The translations under genes were made by a program, and so were the position numbers. Positions 50,762-64,000 of a stretch of DNA of 64,000 nucleotides are shown piece by piece. The notes beneath the pieces were generated by a model that was given only the letters and a program-made list of their open reading frames with translations, was not told where the DNA came from and made no database searches. Source of the DNA: Pocillopora damicornis. Taxonomy: Eukaryota. Positions within the stretch are counted from its first letter, which is position 1; each line of letters starts with the position of its first letter. The stretch spans positions 1-64,000 of the forward strand of contig NW_020846346.1 in NCBI RefSeq assembly GCF_003704095.1, written 5' to 3'.

Positions 50762-53700
50762 TTTTCGCCGTTGGACATTTGTAAAAATGAAGGCCCTTCG
50801 AAACCTCAACGCTGTATTTAATTCTCCTGTTCCTTTTTGATTCGTTGGTTGCAATTGTGTTTATTCATTCGTATGTCGTATGCAAATGTTTTCTTTTTTC
50901 TTAGGGCAATAAATGGTTCTAAATCAATCAAACTTGGCAAGTCCTTGTACAGGCCAAGGGGCTTTCCACAAAGCTCTTTGGGATGATAAATCATTAAATA
51001 GACACGAAATGCAATCAACGCGTTCTGATGGCAATTTCATTCTTCTTTGATAATCTACAATTGCCATCACTACGGTACAAATAGTGATTTGGGTTTTTAA
51101 CAAATTATCTTGAATTATAATGTCATATCACGAAATTGTCTGAACCGCGCGAAGGTCAAAATGTTTACAGAGTAGGTTTCTCCAATCGCATTACCTTACT
51201 GACTTATTTCATGGCGTAAGTTTAAAATGTTTTAAGTCGTATTCTCTCTATCTCCTCACGCAAATGTTTCGATTTTCACGTGAACTGTAAAATCACAAAC
51301 GTAGTGTGTAGATGGCTTTTGCTTGTCGTATATTTTCCTATGTAGAATAAAGAGGCCTCCATACCATAACTTTTCGCGAACGAAACGTATTCGGTAAAAC
51401 CTTTTACACAGACTCAAAGGCAACTCAAGTTACCCACTTTGTGTTGTCTAGAATGTGCGCACCTTAATTTTGTAAGTTTCGCGCCGATTATCATACACTT
51501 CTCACGACCGTGATAAAATAAAACTGATAAAAATGTAAAAAATGTATTTATAAATTGGCTTCTAGTGTTCCGTTTTAAAAAGATCTCTTTATGGAAATGA
51601 AGTTAGTTCCTAATCTGATCAAAATTGTTTACGTGAAACTTCTCCATTCTTCATTTAACAAAGCGTTTATGAAAATAACGGCTTGAATCTTTCGAATAAA
51701 TTATGGTATCGTCATAATAGCGAAGATTATTACTTATTACCGTGAGAGTCTGAAGCAGGTGACAGTTACCGCTGTCAAACTTGAAAAATGGGCAATAACA
51801 TTTTTAAAAACATTGAATAGTCTGGACGATTTTGCAGAATAGTGAAAATCAATTGAAGCCTTTTAAAACATTTTTTCTTACTTTGTCTAAATCACACTAA
51901 TTTTGTTTATCAAAACTATTGGATGAGGTAGGAAAGATGTCTTGTGTTTGTATCAATTAAGCGAGCTGGCGAAGCTCGGAGCAAATAATTTAAGTGACGC
52001 AAGACATTACCAATTCACCATATCCTATTAGGAAAATGTTCTAGACATTCTATCATTCGATTAGCCGACTTTGATTAGTGTCATATGACTCTGGACGGAT
52101 CACGAAAATAATTTTGAGGTTTTTAAATATTGCGAAGGTGACAGACTAAATGCGCAGAAATGTGCGTGTACATAAACGAAAACAATTACTTTGAAACCCC
52201 GTTCTTAAAGCTAGTCGTTCTCACTAACCGTCCGCGTCCGACCCGCGAGGACGTGGGAACGAGAATGAGCATTTTACGGAACTGCACGCATGAGCAGAAA
52301 CTTACTCCCTTTATTTATTTCAAGAACTCGGGTTGTGAAGCCAAGCCACCAGTCGCGAATTTATGTCAGTTATTTCTATTGTCATAATTTCAAAATATCT
52401 ATATTCCATAATCAAACAGTAAATGGTATAAATTTGTTCTGTTTTTTGTTTTGTCTTGTTCTTTGTTTTTAATTAAAGTGCCTGTCACCTTAATCTCTTA
52501 CTGCTCTACACTAAGGTTGGACACGCCAGACTCCTGCTGAGAACAACTTTTCCTGGGTTTGCCGACTCAAAGGACTTCTGCGAATCGCAATAAAAATGGA
52601 ATTCCGAACAGTGCCTTCACCGCTTTTCTCTAAATTCCATGGTTTTCCATTTAACCTGGAAACTGATTTTGTAGTATTTTCTAGTGTGCAACAGTCTCTT
52701 GAGACTCATTCCTCATAAGCCTTCGCTGCTATCGAGTGCCAAATACTCGAGGCAAAACGTAAAAAATATGGAAAAGCCCCAAATTATCGGAGAAACGACT
52801 GGCACAAGCTGCTCGATGGCCGACGCAATTTATTATGCAAATTATCAACAGCTAGAAGGGGTGGTCAGAATGAAAACAACTTAGCCTTCGGTTTAATGAA
52901 AATCTAAGTTAGACCATACCAGGTTTATCCCGTCCGAAAGGTATTCTGAAACATTGGACACATAACTTGGAACGCAGAGGTTTGCTTGAAACAGCCTCAT
53001 AAAGAGCATTTTAAGAAATTATATTTGGTTCGGAGTATTTGCATAAATAATTACTTTAAGTACAATATAGGAGGTTTAAGCATACAATCTTTTATTTGAC
53101 ACCATTTCCTATGTAAACCAGTAAAATACACATGTTACACAAAGCCTTGGTAAGCGTCTGAATAAAGAAAGCTGCTCCAGTTACATCTGATTCAATTCCT
53201 ACATGAGTTTGTTCTTTCCAATAATTGATTTAACCACTTTCCTACAGAAAATAAAATTCAACATAAAAATACACAAAAATATCATTATTCCTGTGAGGAG
53301 AATGAAATGTTTATTCGATTCAAAAATAGAATGAAAACTTGTATATAACATGAGGCAGTTGAGAAATGCAAGTTTCATCTCCGAGTATTTAGAGTGTGTA
53401 TTACTCTCCAATGACTGCAAAATCACATACATTTCAACAGCAGAACAAGTATTTCAGAGCAACCTAAAATACAAATCAATGTGATTGTAGTTGTTTTTCT
53501 CATAATTTTTGAAGAAAGAGTCAGAGACGTCTTTCCATGGCCACCTGCCTACTCTTCCTGTCATGAGGTTTTAGCAATCAATCAAAAATATACCAAAAGT
53601 GCTACGAGACAATTTTAGATGGCTGAAAGGATGCAGCAGTGAATTACAACAATTTCAGTGGTTAGTTCACGCTGATACCATAATGATAATAAATCTTGTG

Positions 53701-55589
53701 TTGAATTCTAAGCAATCTTATTCTACTTCTTTATAACAAAGTTAGGCATACACTGTGTATCTCTTTAAAGGAGGCCTTTTTTGATGGATACCACATTTAA
53801 CAAACAAAGATATCTCCACATAGAAGAACACAGTTTAACCATGAACGGTGAAGAACAGAGAAACTACTGCTTTGTAATATAACATTACTAAGGACATATT
53901 CTGTCTTAATGTATTTTCAGAGAATAATTTTTTATTTCTCTGACTTTGTGTGAACTATTTCATTGCAATCTCTAAAAGTTGAACTTTATGGTTGACTAAC
54001 ACAAATTTTATTTTAAGTCTCTAAATGCTTGAGTTGCTACCTCTTAAATATTATTAAAACAAGAAAACTATAATAATAAAATTTTCTAGAAGGAAAAACC
54101 TGTTTGCAATATTTGTGACTTGTCAAAGTAATCACATACTGATAATTACCCAGAAAGAAACTAATATTTTGTTAAAATTAGCATTAGGTCAGTCTTTCCT
54201 TTCAGTTATTTTGAAAATAAACCATGGTTCCTAAAAACTTTTCTGAGTAAAAATTTTAAGTGAACCAGTTTCTTGAAACGTGAACTTTAGCACTATCAAT
54301 CATACTCTCATTCTGAACAACACAGCAGTCACATGTCTGTGCATGAGCAAACACTTTATTGACTAGATGGCTTGCTTTCAGGCTGTCAGAACCAAGTTGT
54401 CTCACAAACTTCAAGTAACTACATGAGCCAATGGGCCACAGAATTTTAGATGCATACAATTTTTTTAGTAAAGCTCAAAACAGAATGATAAGTCAGCAAG
54501 ATTCTTGTACTTGAAAAATCTTTGTGTTCAAAAAGTTTGAGCTGTTCTTTTTTCTACTTTGGTATCCTTTCACAAATTTATACGAACATATTAATTTTCT
54601 CTCTCTCATGTTGCCAGACAGTAGTTGTTTCTTATATTTTCCATAGAAATTTTGCACAGGGCATTGATGCCCAGGCACCAAAAATGGATTTCCTTTTAAA
54701 TAACTACACTTGACTGCTGTATCCTTCTGAACAAACTTTAACTCCTACTGATCAGTGGATATGTCTCTTATAATTAAAACTAATAAATAATATATCACAT
54801 AATAAATTATTCTGTTTTTGTACTTGCCCTATGGGCAGCTCACCCTATAATCTCTCATTACAGGTGACATAATTATCTGATGAGTGGTTAACTAGCAACT
54901 GATTGAAATAAAAATGATTTCCAGTGACAGGCTTACATGATTCTTAGACAATGGATGTCCATTCAGGCATATTCTCCAAACATTTCCTAAGGCGTTGACG
55001 AGGAGAATTGTTTGAAAATCAAGAACTTCTTTATGTGATGATCACTTCCCTTATTCTTATGACCATAATGTTTGATCCAGGTGTAATATTGTAAAGAGAA
55101 ATTAGATGCTGATCACTCTCAGGGGTCAAAGGGTTAGGTTATGGGAACAACAATCATCTTTAATTGGTCAAAGTTGGATCAACTTAAAAAGTTTTCATTA
55201 TTGAATTACTGTTCCCAAATGATTGCATGTTTTCAGGGATTTATATCAATGTGAGAATCTAGTTTATAAACTTTACTGTTTGTTTACAAGGATGTTAACA
55301 ACTAACCTGGGTCTTATCTGCTTATCTTGAAATGATTAATCAAAAAAAGAAATGATAACAGAATTGTTTCACCAACAGAATGAATTTATAACAGAATACA
55401 AAAGCACCCAGCAATTATACAGAAAATTTATTCACCTCTTGCTCATTGAATATTTTGGAATAGTCCCTTCCACTTAGTCTTGGGTATCATTCAACAATAT
55501 TCACTTCACCTTTGACAAATAACTGTTAAATAATAATTGAATCAGCTTGATGGATTCTTGTTTTGCCCCTGTTGTTCTTAATTTCAAAC

Positions 55590-55806
55590 TTAACCTTTCA
55601 CCTCCCATGAGTGACCAAGAGAGAATTTCTCCTTACAATGCTAATACCATATCAGGCAGACAAGTGATGAGAATGGAGAAAAATATCAATTAAGAAACTA
55701 TCTGTTGATCCAATACCAAATTCCCATAAGGAAAATCATAAGAATTGCATGGCAGACACAAAGGAGAAGTACCAACTAAATGAGATCTTGGGAATGAAAG
55801 GATTAA
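55590..55806 (-). mobile_element. TTAA-flanked piggyBac-type MITE, diverged copy
   Basis: ttaacctttcacctcccatgagtgaccaaga...gagatcttgggaatgaaaggattaa; same family as 63495-63697. Confidence 0.7.
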
Positions 55807-56194
55807 ATGATACATTCTTGATTAACATCCTTTACCAGGGTCTCAATGGGGTTAACTGTTAGCAGTAAAATGGCAAAACAGGTAAGCCATTAGGCACAAA
55901 TCTTGACAACTTTAACTGTTAATCAAAAAAGAAAAGTTAACCGTAAAAATTCTCCTTTTAATCTTAACAGAAAGAAATTAACCATTAGTTGCACAATGAC
56001 CAAATTTTTAACTGTTAGCCATATAAGCCATCACCACACTGAGATCTTCCTTCACTTGAAAACTAATCACTGTCACTTAAAATTAGTCTCACTGTCAATA
56101 CCAGTTTGTCCAAATATGAAATAATTATCATATGATGGGGAATGCCATCTCAAAAATTGTTACACTACAATTATACTGAAATTATTGCAAGAAA

Positions 56195-59100
56195 TTAATT
56201 CTCAACTTTGACATCTTCTAAAGAAATTGAACTGGGGTCAAACTTTTCCCCTGTGATCCTCTCATACATATCCATGATATCTTCGCAGACAGTTTCAAAA
56301 TGAGTAGTAGCATCGTAAGACTTCGAAATGAATATCTGATGAAATAAATGGCAAAAAAGGGTAAGTCCAAATTATACATCTTTGAGAGACATGGTGAAAT
56401 ACTGGTTACTGCAGAACAGGGGTTTTAACAAAATTTTTCCATGAGTAACTGCCCATGGTGTAATAGATGGCTGTGGCCACTAAAGGAGCCAAAACATCAC
56501 AGCCTGCTCCTGAGGTCAACAAGCAGCAGTGGGAGGTCTTATTGGCAGCAGTACACCACCAGTAACCACCTTTTTACAAGTTACTTTCCTCCCACAGTCA
56601 AGAGGTGACATCTATACTTGAGCCAAGAGGCTCCACCAACTGGAGCTCCTCTTAGTTTCTAGAGCAAGGGTATGGTTACTTTTCCTAAATGGGATACCAG
56701 TCCGTTGCCGGTTACCCTACAGCATTTTGTAAGGCCTCCCTGACAATTCACTGGTACTCATCTATATTCCTGAGTGGAGAGAAGCACTGTAAGTCGAAGT
56801 TAAGTGTCTTGCCTTGGGACGCAACTCTATAACCTGACCTGGTCTCAAACATAGCCTTCAGTTCAGCTGTAATTTTGGCAGGCATGTACTAAGCATTGTC
56901 TTGGTGAAAATTATAACTGCCACATTTGATTTTTGGAGCAGCTGAAGACTGGGAAGAAAAAGAAATTTGTACCCCCCCCCCCCCCCCCCCCCCAACACAC
57001 AGACTGTAACTCCAAATCAAACATGGTGGGTTAAATAAATGATTGTGAACTTCTTAAAATTACCTAACCCTAGTAAGACACCTGCACTGCAGGCTGTCTC
57101 AAACCCAAAACTCTCGATCAGGGGTCTGGTAATAAACTTTAGATCAGCACTTGTTTCATACAGTGCTTCTTCACAACTGCATATTAAATGAGTAACAGAA
57201 AACTATCAGGAAGGAAATTCAACTAATTCTTGTAACTGCAATGGACAACAATTTCATCCCAGAAAAATAGCAATACTCTAAAGACCTACATGTAGGAACA
57301 GCAATTTCATTTGAAACATTTTCTACTTTTGTATTGCCTGTCGCCAAATATCAGTCAGCAATTTTGGGAAGCAATATAACACTAATACATGCTTTGGACT
57401 GTTTAACCAAAATAATGAAACAAACAAGTGCAAATTTTAAAGTAAAAGCATATCATTGTGACAATAAATGATTCATGTACATGCTGGAATGCAACAAGAC
57501 TGATCACGATATTTTTCTTCCTGCTAAAAGGTCAAGTGAGATATTAAACTCTGTTTACTTTGGTTTACTGCTGTAACAATTATTACTAACAGTAACACTG
57601 ATATACACATTGGGGTATATTGAGTACAACGCCAAGCAGTCTACAGTTTACTAGGCAAATCAAAGGATAGAGATGGCTAATTTTTATGAAAATCTGAAGG
57701 TTTAAGGTTTGATCACCCATGGGACTCAGAATTTTTTCTTTGTCTCTTATGACAAGATGGAAAAGCCTCTTTCTCTAGTCAACAAGGCAGTTTGATCACT
57801 TCTCCCATTTCAATTCAATTTTTATAAATAAGCCAGATATATACAAGAGCCAGCTACAGGAGCAAAGTCCAAAAGTCTGCTTTTGAAAAAAAAAATAATT
57901 GCAGTTACTAACCAAATGTTTACTAACTGACGATGTTAAATATTTTATTCTGTTCAATAACTTGTTTAAATAATGAGCAACTGCAAAGACATTGGCCATG
58001 GAAAAAAAACACAGTTACAAAAGCAGTGTGTTTATAGCCTGTTCTCTTTTAAACACAAACTAGTTTGTAAAGTGCTTACAACACATTAAGATGGTCAAAT
58101 GCTTCTAGGCTGTAATGTCCTCTAGATGTTTATTACTCCTAAGAGTTTAGGGTTAAATTGTATCTTTAATGAAGCAAGAGAACAGTCCGTAAAAAGAACT
58201 GGAGGCATAATGACTACATACCTTACTTTCTTTACCATCATCTTTAGGCATGTACATGTCACTGATCCATACAAACTTCTTGTCAATCTTGCCAAGAAGA
58301 TTCAAGCCAGGCTGTAACTCGGACGAAGGGTCATTCGTCTCAATTTTGGTGCTAACAATAGCCAAATATTTAGCTCTTGGGGTGACTGAGTTGGTGTGAG
58401 ACATACAGCACACATAGATATCTGGTAGAAATGGGTAAAAAAATTTTAAAAAAATCGGTAATGTCTCAGGAGTCAAACACTTGAGAAAATTTCTCACAAA
58501 ATTGGATCCTTGATGATTAGGAAATTGAAATATATAGAATATCACCCATAAAAACATGATATTAGTTAAATTTGTTTGCTGCCAATAAAAATATGGGAGA
58601 TAAATAGAAATTTAAAGTTAGAATGAAAAGGAAGTGGTTGAATTACTGGTCTCAGTTGTCCCAGGACTCAAAGTTAACAGCCCATCAGAAAATAGGCAAA
58701 AAGATAGATATGAATTTATATATATATACACACACACATGTAAAATGGAAAGATAAACATTAAAGCTGTGCTTTAAATTTGAACTGAGGGTTTCGAATCT
58801 AGACTTGACAGCACATAAGCTCCCCACAAAGAAATATGAGAGTCCTGCTCGACAAAAAAGTTTCTTAAACCAGAGGTTGCACCAAATATTGAATGGACCT
58901 TTCCCTGACACAATCTAGGGTAAATATGAATTCCCTAAACTATCTGTGAAGCTTTCTTATAATCTTAGCCCTGAGAACAATATCTCCTTGTTGAATCTTT
59001 TGTATCTATTTTTGAGGGTAGTAATGAGTGGTCCTGATTCCTCTTCACACACAGATAATAGAAATATTCCTGCTTTGCTTATATTATACTTTGAACAACA

Positions 59101-60937
59101 TTTCACAAATCCCAAACTCGAAATGGGAAATTCAACTCTCTCCTCTTGTGCGTAAAGTTTCAAAGAAATCTCGAGGTTTTCATGAAATGAAAGAAAAAAT
59201 ACAGAAGGCAAATCACCTCTTTGGTTAGTTCATAAATTCACAGATCAAGCTTGCCTTCCTGTAAAGACAAATTTTGGCCTTCATTACCACTCACATAGGA
59301 ACCCCTTGCCACCCTCAACAATATTTTTATTTTTTCTTCAAAATATACTGATATTATAAGGAAAAGTCGTGTTTGGGCACTCTTAATGTAAAAAGGATAA
59401 AAAACTGTATGACACTTGTATTTCAACAATATTTAGTAAAGGAGCAGGCGATAACAACGACGACTAAAGCTTTGTGATAATGTTTACTAATCATGGACAG
59501 GTGTCTGTATCTTGTTAATATTAATAACTTCATGCAAATCGATTCGAAAGTCATTTAAATTTTTGAAATTTTCCATTTAGGAGGAGACCTGTGACTTAAA
59601 CCTGAAACAAATAGATTTTGCTGGTAAAACGAACATTAATGGATTTCCAAAACATAAAATGCCGATAATTAGGTTCCCGTCGAAACCACATTATCTTAAC
59701 TTTATTTGTATGTACACAAACTCATCCAGGTTATCATCTTTGAACAAAAACATGGCGGACAGCTGTTTGACCCTAGTTGATAATCAGGAAATCGAATCAC
59801 TTTCTGAAAGGTTTATGACACCCGAAATTGAGATAACTGCTGTAATTGTAAGGAATTTATCGTCTGTCGAACGAAAAGTCTTATGCGCAGCGATGGAAGT
59901 TGTATCTCAAAGGATGGTAATAAAGCGATAAAGATATCAAACTTACCTGATTTTCGGCCAACTTGATTTTGGGGAATGATCAACTGGCAGGATTTTGCAT
60001 CGTTTGTATTAGGAATTGGGTGAGACAGAATACAAATGCACCGAACAACTTGTCCTACTTTCTCTACTCTCTCGGAGAAGTACGAAGGATCGGCGATAAC
60101 AGCTTTCGTTTTTGCAACCTCTCCTTCCGACTTCACTCCACAGACTACGCCGTTCTCCATGACAATTTCTTCCACTGGTTTATTCAACATGTATGTACCG
60201 CCATAAACTGCCGACAATCTGGCAAACCCTTGAGGCAATTCGCCAAGCCCGTAGAGAGGATACAAATAGGGGCTATGACCGTAGCGAGACAGAGAATCAT
60301 AGTACAGCTTTATGCGCTGTAGAGGCTCCCCACACGGCTTTGTTTTGTAGTCATCATCGAGATACAGAGCGATGGCATGGCCTGTGAAGTCCTGAGTGTT
60401 CTGATCAAGACCGTACTTGGAATAAACATCTTTCATAGTCGAAGTCTTCGGGTCGATGCCTTCCCAAGTAGTTGGGTCTTCTACGTTGTACTTCAGAACA
60501 AAAAGAAGGAACGATCGAAATCGTCGTTTCTCAAAGATTCCCATCAGACTGGAGGAGAGAGCTTCCTTGTCATTCGCAGGAACCTTGTAGACGCTTCCAC
60601 CGCGGAAAACATAGCTTCCTTCAATCTGCTTGAATTCCAAGTAACGCGTTACTTTAGTATGAACCAGCAACTTGACAAGACCACCATCTGCCATCAAAAA
60701 CTTGGGAATCAAGTCGACATTCCAGTCCCGACTATTACCGAAGCTGTCGCCCGGGCCTTCGGATTCTTTAAATCTCTTGAACAACTCATCAAGAGGATGC
60801 ATGGAAGTGCTTTCTCCACCGTAGTAAGAGTTGCGATCCATATGAAGAACCTTTTTCCCGTTTACGGACAACAGACCACTCAAAATACATTCCTTGAGTC
60901 CTGTACCAAGGATAACATAATCGTATTCCTGGTCCAT
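56195..60937 (-). CDS. GDI: Rab GDP dissociation inhibitor; exons 60937-59947, 58421-58222, 56335-56195 (443 aa)
   Basis: [79 protein letters not shown]. Exons of 991+200+141 nt splice in frame. Confidence 0.97.
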
Positions 60938-61398
60938 GATTAGGAAACTATTGGAAAAGAGATCAAAGGGCGATTATTCCGATATTCTAGTAAAATGTTA
61001 AAATGATAAAATGAATGGGTGTTCCACTGGTTGAATAAATAAATTTCACTGTCTCAGGAGATTTTTCATTGGATGAAAGAAAAAGTGACCAATTAGAGAT
61101 CTTGTAAGAAAATATCTCGTTCCTCATTAACCGCTGGATAGTATAAGTTAGGGCTCATCATATATTACTTACTCTTGTGATTGGATAACCCCTCGTCCGA
61201 TTCACCAATCGTAGCTCTTCTGACATGGGCAACACGTTTCAGATGAAATTGACCAACACTGAATTCATAAAAATTGTTCGTTCGACTGAAATCAGACATA
61301 CACGAGAATTGTCCTTAGCCATTACGAGCATTAAAATCAGCTTAAAATCTTTCAGCCGTGAGAAGGATTTGTCTACATCTCATTACGGAATTTACATC
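60938..61398. promoter_or_regulatory. Probable bidirectional promoter between GDI and GFAT with several CCAAT boxes
   Basis: 461 bp separate the divergent ATGs. CCAAT/ATTGG occurs near 60950, 61068, 61089, 61180 and 61205. Confidence 0.65.
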
Positions 61399-61806
61399 AT
61401 GTGTGGTGAGTATGTTTTGTTTTTTTTTAAGGAAAACAATTGAGTTTATACTGTCGATATTCTTTCTGATACAGAGAAGTTTTTACTAGGTTTATGATAA
61501 ATACTTAAGGCTTAAGTCTGAATCGTCATGTGTAGAGTATCCTGTACAGCCAGCTCCATTCTATAAGTACTGTTCAATTTCTTTACAGGCATATTTGCAT
61601 ATATAAACTTCTGCGTTCCTCGAAAACGTCAATACATTCTGGAACTCTTGATCAGTGGTCTTCAGCGACTCGAGTATCGAGGCTACGACTCTGCAGGTTT
61701 GTGCTTTATATTAGTCGTAAAATGGTTTCTCTACATTTTATAAACTGAAGGACTAACTGATTTTAAACATTTCAGGGGTGGCCTACGATGGAGTTGGAGA
61801 AATGAG
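61399..61806 (+). CDS. GFPT: Glutamine--fructose-6-phosphate aminotransferase, 5' exons (61399-61405, 61589-61696, 61776-61806); continues beyond the window
   Basis: Splices to [44 protein letters not shown], the diagnostic GFAT N-terminus with the catalytic Cys. Not recovered by the ORF track. Confidence 0.95.
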
Positions 61807-63494
61807 GTAACTCTTGCATCAGTTTTAGAATTTCCCGCTTCAGTTGTGTATTGCGAAAATTTCTTGCAATGATTGGATTGTTGTGGTGGCAACCGTTAGT
61901 AAAGCACTCGGAGGCACGGATTCTGTACGATCAAGCTTAACTAAATCGAGCAAATTTTTGTCTACTGAAAGAGGCTGAGTTAAGTCTACGAACAGACAGT
62001 TTTGCTACCCTCAGGTACTTTGCAACTGTTGAAGAATTAAACTGTACTTTGCAGTACAAATTTCCCTTCATGTTTATTCATGACCACGGGATTGCCAACG
62101 TGGATCTCTTCGTCCGATCAAAGACGATTGCACTCCTTTTACTAGTAATTCGAAGCTTCATTGTGCGAGTTTGTCCATTTAGTCTATCTTTTCCGGGAAT
62201 TTTAGGAAGTCACCTGAACGTCCTCTATATTAAATTACTTCTTTAAAGTTATTAATAGTTGTGACGTGGATATTCAATACAAGAATCTCTAAATCTTCAA
62301 GCGAATGATCCTGAACTGTTGAACTTTACAGCATCTTATATCTGTTGCTGATTGTTTTTAGATTGATTGTATTTTTGCACATCATAATGGTTTGTTTTTT
62401 TGTGTTTTGAGAGCCAGATGAAGGAGGTCTATAAATTTGATTAATTAATTATATTGAGGGTTTCCTGCAACTGACATCGGCTGAGATTTTCTTGACTTGC
62501 AATCAAGCTTGAGGGGTTAGATGTTTGATGCCTCTTTTGTTCATGGGAGGCAGTAGTTTTTTAAAATAAATTGATTTCATGATTTGAGTTCAGAGGTCAA
62601 AGTAACATTTCTGCATAGCCCCACAATTCACTGTGGAGAAAGAAAAAGAATGGTGAAAACAATAAATTGCCTTTGAGACTACTGATCTATTTTACAACAG
62701 TATGAGGTTGTGCGGAAGTCTTACTGAGGTCAATGTTGTTATTGGTGTGGCTGTTGAAAACTGCTCTTTTTGATTAAATAATTGTGGGACTATTACGCAT
62801 TAACCCATAAATAACAAATGTTGACCTATGCTGAAATGTCTAGAACAGCTTTCTTCTAAAATTTCTAAGTCCACATTCTCTTCTGCAGTCCAGCAATGAT
62901 TTATTTCATTACTTGCTGCCAGAAGCAGTCATTCAGTTCTGAGTGAAATCGTCAAAAACATTGTTGAATTCCTTAACCAAGGGAAGCAACATTCTGTGTG
63001 ATTCTTTTTCTGATTATTATAAGGTTAAAATGAAAAAAGAGGAAAGAAGAAGAGAAAAGAAAATCTTTCTCAGCTTAAAAATTAGCTAAGTATATGCTCA
63101 CTAAGATGCCAATTAGTAAGTAAACTTTGATCAATTGTTAACTAGATCTTTGTATTCAGCAAAATAGAAAGAAGAGTTTAAGCTTGTCATTAAACTTCTT
63201 ACCATATTTCTTACCTATAGGATTGTGAAGAAGAGAGGGAAAGTTGCTGCACTTCAGCAAGAAATCCAAGGTACTGCATTTTAAAAGATTCAGTAGCAAA
63301 ATGTGCTTATTAACCCTTAATACCCTAAGATTGGCATGCACTTTCTCCACTTTGTTCTATGTATATTTTTAATGCTACAAGACCTTTTATGGTCAGCGAT
63401 CATTTCCTTTATTCCCATGATCATAATGATTTTTATTCAATGGTGACTGAATACTGTAAGGAGAAGTTGGATGCTTGTCATTCATTGGGCTTAA

Positions 63495-63697
63495 CCCTTT
63501 AACTCCCAAGATCTCATTTGTAATTCTCCTTACTGTCTGCTATACAGTTCTCATGATGTTAGTTCGGAGAATTTGGTATTGGATCAACCTATAATCCCCT
63601 AACTGATATTTATTTTTATTCTCATCACTTTTCTGCAGATATTGTATTGATATTGTAAGGAGAAATTCTGTCTTGGTCTTTTATGGGAGTTAAAGGG
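63495..63697 (+). mobile_element. piggyBac-type MITE, full copy with TTAA TSD, at the end of a related older element (about 63310-63490)
   Basis: ttaa-CCCTTTAACTCCCA...TGGGAGTTAAAGGG-ttaa, a perfect 14-bp TIR. Confidence 0.85.
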
Positions 63698-64000
63698 TTA
63701 AGGAGCTAAAGGTTGGATAGTAAGTTCACCTCAGCCAAAGTCATCATTTAGAGTCGAGCTACTGAGGATTTTGTTAAATTTAAGAGTGAATTGATTTTTC
63801 ATTGATAATAATTTACAGTAAGTTGTTGTTCTTCTTAGTTCAGAGTGACTTTAGCTTGGATGAGGAGCTCCGAAAGCATTGTGGTATTGCTCACACCCGT
63901 TGGGCCACTCATGGTGAACCAAGTGGTGTGAACAGTCATCCTCAAAGATCAGACCCATCCAATGGTGAGCCATATCATGTGATTCACTCATTCATTCATG

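Noticed and set aside
59963-60943. Long + strand ORFs (119 and 188 aa) opposite GDI
   Set aside because: Antisense shadows of a conserved coding exon with no recognisable motifs.

Overview
AT-rich, intron-containing animal DNA. The gene content and repeat families suggest a scleractinian coral; this is inference, not proven. It is a short-read scaffold with 13 N-gaps and at least one contig in the wrong orientation. The left half (1-33 kb) is a fast-evolving, segmentally duplicated cluster built from three modules joined by phase-1 introns: an N-terminal PNP_UDP_1/MTA-SAH-nucleosidase-like domain, a ROC-COR (Roco) GTPase with a Cys/His-rich tail, and a C-terminal death domain (DD). These appear as PNP-DD, ROC-COR-DD, a decayed PNP-ROC and a PNP-N/DD-DD chimera, which implies an ancestral PNP-ROC-COR-DD gene. 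The visible PNP active site has M>T and D>G substitutions. Next to the cluster is a guanylate-binding protein (GBP) gene whose first coding intron is U12-type. The right half holds an ionotropic glutamate receptor (glycine-type binding motif, unusual pore), an intron-poor Rab GDI, and the 5' end of GFAT, head-to-head with GDI. Several MITEs and SINEs are scattered throughout. All gene models were spliced by hand.
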